Assembly (NCBI GenBank): GCA_046570105.1
Contig: JBKHVI010000001.1
Coordinates: forward strand, 115,013-179,012
From: Bacteriovoracia bacterium
GTDB lineage: Bacteria; Bdellovibrionota; Bacteriovoracia; Bacteriovoracales; Bacteriovoracaceae
DNA: 64,000 nucleotides
Direction of reading: 5' to 3'
Position numbers and translations under genes: made by a program. Shown one piece after another: positions 60,062-64,000 of this stretch (the first letter of the stretch is position 1; each line of letters opens with the position of its first letter). The notes below the pieces were generated by a model, which searched no databases, was not told the origin of the DNA, and saw only the letters and a list, made by a program, of their open reading frames with translations.

Positions 60062-60804
60062 TTAAGAGCGTTGAGCTTCTTAAGATAGTTCATCACACCC
60101 AAGGGCCCATCATTCTCTTTGCCTTCCAAAATTATCGAAGGCTTGAATTCGAGGCGCGACAGACAGTGACGGATATTAGCGACACCAACACTATTTTTGA
60201 AATGCTGAAACATACTCTGGTCATTAGGCGCATCTCCGAAAAACACCGCTTCCGATTCATGCACATCCGGGCGAATCTTTTCTAAAAACGCACGCACACC
60301 ATTATATTTTGAAATATCGCCACACCAGAAATTAATATGCACATTCGATTTCGAGTAGTTCACCTTGCGCGTCTTAAAAAACTGCAGCACCTGATTGATC
60401 TCTTCATCCTGCATAAATTCAAACTCAATCGCACGATCCGTCTTTCGCCCAAACGAATCCACCGACAACGGACATTTCGGAAACACCCGCTGCAACTCCT
60501 CCGTGACACTCTCAAGCGCCTGCACTTCGCTCTGATCGATCAGCACATGCTCATCCATGTCATTCTTCTTATTGCGTGTGACGATCACTCCACCGCCTTC
60601 CATAATGACGGCGTTGAGCTGCGGGAAGTGCGTGAGGAGAAAATGGCCCCATGAAAGCGAGCGTCCCGAGACCACCACCAGCTCTTGGCCGTGTTGGTGC
60701 AAATGATCGACGATATCGAAAAAAGTGCGCGTCAGTTGACGATTCTCGAGGGTGAGCGTGCCGTCAAAGTCCGAAAAAGCGATCTTCATTGTCATAAATT
60801 GCAT
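60058..60804 (-). CDS. HAD-superfamily IIB hydrolase
   Basis: DFDGTL, SGR, SK and GDAPND motifs. Confidence 0.9.
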   Translation of the reverse strand: MQFMTMKIAFSDFDGTLTLENRQLTRTFFDIVDHLHQHGQELVVVSGRSLSWGHFLLTHFPQLNAVIMEGGGVIVTRNKKNDMDEHVLIDQSEVQALESVTEELQRVFPKCPLSVDSFGRKTDRAIEFEFMQDEEINQVLQFFKTRKVNYSKSNVHINFWCGDISKYNGVRAFLEKIRPDVHESEAVFFGDAPNDQSMFQHFKNSVGVANIRHCLSRLEFKPSIILEGKENDGPLGVMNYLKKLNALN

Positions 60805-60909
60805 CCCAAGGGTTAGATTCTATTATCCGGGGGCCTGGCATCAGGGTCAATCAAACAGGTTTTTCTTGACCAAACGCGCCGCACCACGCTAAAAATAACA
60901 CCTTATTGT

Positions 60910-60986
60910 GGTGGTCGTAGTTCAGTTGGTAGAGCGCCAGATTGTGATTCTGGTTGTCGCGGGTTCGAGCCCCGTCGATCACCCCA
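60910..60986 (+). tRNA. tRNA-His (GUG) with encoded G-1 and CCA
   Basis: Acceptor GTGGTCG/CGATCAC, anticodon arm CCAGA-TTGTGAT-TCTGG, GGTTCGAG T-loop, C discriminator. Confidence 0.97.
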
Positions 60987-60999
60987 CTTTTATGTTTCT

Positions 61000-61034
61000 A
61001 AAAAAGCCCAGTTTAAAAAGCTGGGCTTTTTTTT
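61000..61034 (+). terminator. Terminator after tRNA-His
   Basis: AAAAAAGCCCAG..CTGGGCTTTTTTTT. Confidence 0.85.
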
Positions 61035-61254
61035 AACAACATTAACCAGTTAATTTAACAACAGAGTCTTCACGGTCGCAGTCTTAAATCTTTCGTGAAA
61101 TTTCATGAAATGTCGTCGGTTTGCTACTTCTTGCTACACGTTTTGCTATTTTTTTCAGAGACAAATTTGAACCACAAAGCCTCGTCCTTGCTACTTCTCA
61201 CTAGTGAGCGGACTGACGGGATGAGGCTTTTACAAATTTGTAGGAGAAAAATTT

Positions 61255-61407
61255 ATGAACAACTTAATCAAGATTGCTGTGGCATTAGCCTTTATCGCTG
61301 CAAGCACAGGGCAGCTACCAAAGATCATTAAGGAAGTGAGGATTGCTCAACTGAAGCTTTTAAAGGAATTTCAGGCGAGTAAGTGGCCCAAGGCGTGGGT
61401 TCCCTAG
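61255..61407 (+). CDS. 50-aa peptide MNNLIKIAVALAFIAASTGQLPKIIKEVRIAQLKLLKEFQASKWPKAWVP
   Basis: RBS AGGAG 8 nt upstream; hydrophobic N-terminus and amphipathic basic helix; not in the ORF track. Confidence 0.65.
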   Translation: MNNLIKIAVALAFIAASTGQLPKIIKEVRIAQLKLLKEFQASKWPKAWVP

Positions 61408-63446
61408 GCTGCTGTAAGCCTTTTCAAGTTTTCTAGGATATATTCTTCTGGATTAACAGACGTTTCTTCCTGATCTCTGAACTCTCGTACAATTCTATTG
61501 AGGGCAAAGCGATTCATAAAACCCAGATCACATAATACAGTAAAATCATCTTTTGAAATTCCAGTCATAATTTCAAAGAATTGTGGCTCTTTGGTTTGGA
61601 TAATGTCATCAATGCGATATTCAGGCTCATAAGTCATGTAAATAAAATCTGCCATACATATTGCAAGACGTTTAATCTGAGTCGCGTACCATTTCTTTCT
61701 TGTTTGGCGTTCCTTGTCCTTATCTTTTTCAATAGCATCTTCAATGATCTTTTCTTTTTCATCTTGGGTAAGATTTGGATCGCCTTTCACTTTTTCTAAC
61801 TCACTTGCATCTCGACCAATTTGAACAAAATCTTCTATCGTCGCAGAAAATTCTCCTGTGCGATACCCTTTTACTTTTTCAAGAATGTCTAAGATATGCG
61901 GATGTTCTTCCAAAAGTTTAAGTTTCCCAAAGTTTACAAGCACATTTGACGTTATTCTCCGGGCGAGAGCAATCCTTGAACCTTCGTGATTCAGAACTTC
62001 GAAAATATCTTTTGCTGATGTTGATTCACTGACCAGACTGCCCTCATAGAAACGCTTAATATCAAGGGTTTCACATAGGCCAGTTGTGACAATCTCAAGA
62101 TTGTCTTTATTCACGTCAACTTTCTGCTCGAAACTTTCTTGCTGTGAAATTTGGTCGGCAATATTACTCGCACAATCATAAGTCATTTGAAGACAGCGTG
62201 TGATGGCAAAATCAAATACCCAAGCCGTCGGCTTCATTACAGCTTTTGTCTTTTCATCTACCCATGCGGATTGAACTCGAAAGATCGCCTGGTAATAAGA
62301 TTCAGCAGATTGAACATCATTTAAAATCAGAATACTGTCCCATTCTCTAATAGTTACGCCTGTCAGGAAACGACCACAGGTAAAGGTAATTGTTCCAAGT
62401 TTTTTAGGGTTTTCACTGGCCTCTGCAATTTCTTTTTGAACCTTTGATTTATCTCTCGCTAAAATAGATTCATCATTATCACCTTTTGATTTATCGCTCC
62501 CAGAGGCATTGATAAGCGTGTAATTTGAAAAATAAGGGTGATTACTTAGTTTTTCAATAAGAGCGGAAATAGAATCAACCCGACTCATCCACCAAACGGT
62601 GTGCCTCTTAGCAGGACAGCCCAGTTTAGAGGCCAATTTCCCATATACGCTAATGGAACGGGCATCATGATCTGATTTTGTTAGACCATCAATGAAGTGA
62701 TCAACAGCATCTTCATAAATAAAACGGCCTTCTTCATTCGTTTCAAAGAGGCGATTAAGAGAGAAATCAATATCATCTGTTTTGAATGTATCTCTCTGTT
62801 CTGCTATATCCTCATCAGTAATATCAATCGTAGATACATTCAGATCAGGCATTAAACGATATACTTTTTCTCCATCACCATTTGGATAAGCCTCTATCTC
62901 TTCTTTTTTATTTTTTTGTTCATCAAGATAACTATAGGTGTAAACCTGTTGAGATGAAAAATCATCTTGTTCAATCAAACGAAATGGAGTTCCTGAAAGA
63001 TCAAGACGGTGAGTAAACTTAATTTTGTCTAAGATGTTTTTTGCTCTCTCCGTTCGACTACCATAGTGAACTTCATCAAAAATTACTAAATCCCAGCCTA
63101 TTTCAAGGATTTTATGAAGACGATCTTTCGTATTCCCATCTTCATCAATATCTAAATCCTGTAGAGATACGCATAAAACGATTGGCCCGCTCGTAATAGG
63201 AAAATCACCATTATTTGTTAGGCATGGGTCAGAAAAACGGTCAGATTTCTGTTTAGCTCTTATACCCATCCAACCATCAAAATCTACCTGCTCATTAACC
63301 GTATCAATCCATTCAGTAATAACATCAGGCTTATAAGTTACAATAAGCGTATTTCTAGAATTGATATTCTTGGCAAGGTGAATACTAGTAAAACACTTAC
63401 CAAATCTCATTTTAGCATTTATGAGAAATCTGTCTGGATGAGTCGC
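61404..63446 (-). pseudogene. SF2 (ResIII-like) helicase/restriction subunit, 5'-truncated by IS256
   Basis: Frame is open up to the IS junction (ATHPDRFLINAKMRFGKC, Walker A); DEVH, LSGTP and YYQAIFRVQ motifs; no RBS or N-terminal domain. Confidence 0.78.
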
Positions 63447-64000
63447 GGTGGTGTAAGAAATCTTGTGTAAATTGAGCTTTTGGCCAAAGGATCGGGTCTC
63501 TGTTTAGAATTGAATTACTACAGACAATTTTAAAAGGAAAACCCAATGCTTCAGCTTAGTGTGAATTTACCAGAACTGCGCGACATGGCCAAGAAAATTC
63601 CTCAGATGGGGACGGCCGGATTGATGGAGATGATGAAGCTCGACATCAAATCCCAGGCGGTCGACTTCATCAATGGCCTGATGGAATGTGAATTTGAATT
63701 ATTTCTCGGTCGCGACAAGTATGAACGAATTTCTGGAGTCGAAATTTCGGAGCGACACTTAAGGAACGGCCACTACCAAAGAACTTTCGCTGTAAAAGGT
63801 CTTGGACGACTCAACATGAAGGTTCCGCGCGATCGTCATGGAAAGTACCAGACAAAAGTATTAGACGCTTATAAACGCAATGAGGCCTCAGTCGAAGAAG
63901 ACGTCGCAATTCTTTATCTCATGGGACAAAGCACTCGAAGCATAAGTTTAATCTCAGAGCGATTGCTTGGAACAAAAATCAGCGCGAGTAAAGTCAGTGA
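63447..64000 (+). mobile_element. IS256-family element, left end; continues beyond the window
   Basis: IR-like GGTGGTGTAAGAAATCTTGTGTAAA followed by a transposase ORF. Confidence 0.88.
63546..64000 (+). CDS. IS256-family (Mutator) transposase, N-terminal part
   Basis: Own translation: MLQLSVN..LGRDKYER..RNGHYQR..GRLNMKVPRDRHG..LYLMGQSTR. Confidence 0.92.
   Translation, partial: MLQLSVNLPELRDMAKKIPQMGTAGLMEMMKLDIKSQAVDFINGLMECEFELFLGRDKYERISGVEISERHLRNGHYQRTFAVKGLGRLNMKVPRDRHGKYQTKVLDAYKRNEASVEEDVAILYLMGQSTRSISLISERLLGTKISASKVS

Noticed and set aside
61095..61331. 78-aa ORF after tRNA-His
   Set aside because: No RBS, and it overlaps the structured leader and the better-supported 50-aa ORF

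Overview
Chromosomal window that looks like a Bdellovibrionota (Bacteriovoracia-like) predator. This is inferred from gene content: tandem major-OMP-like porins, many secreted hypotheticals, sigma28/sigma54-type promoters and an extra ParAB/PrkA. Housekeeping genes include pepA, trmL, mtgA, rlmC, an mltD-like gene, lgt, rplU-rpmA-obgE-rsfS-rlmH-gpmI-pfkA, gdh, nadA, an RluA-family synthase and tRNA-His. Three accessory regions stand out. (1) 10.4-12.35 kb: a RAYT/Y1 HUH transposase followed by three ~277-bp non-coding units with compensatory hairpin changes, bracketed by REP-like GGTG..CACC hairpins, plus an unannotated Ibs/Sib-like type I toxin-antitoxin candidate. (2) 22-39.6 kb: a putative lipid/natural-product cluster with a TamH-like aminotransferase-reductase fusion, two PigC/RPH-like dikinase-fold enzymes, a UbiA prenyltransferase, a CarS-like CTP transferase, a P450, a GNAT-like protein and a Lol-like exporter, split by a HigBA-type TA pair. 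(3) Beyond 61 kb: an island after tRNA-His with a small peptide gene and a restriction-type helicase interrupted by IS256. All calls come from reading motifs by eye; no database searches were run.
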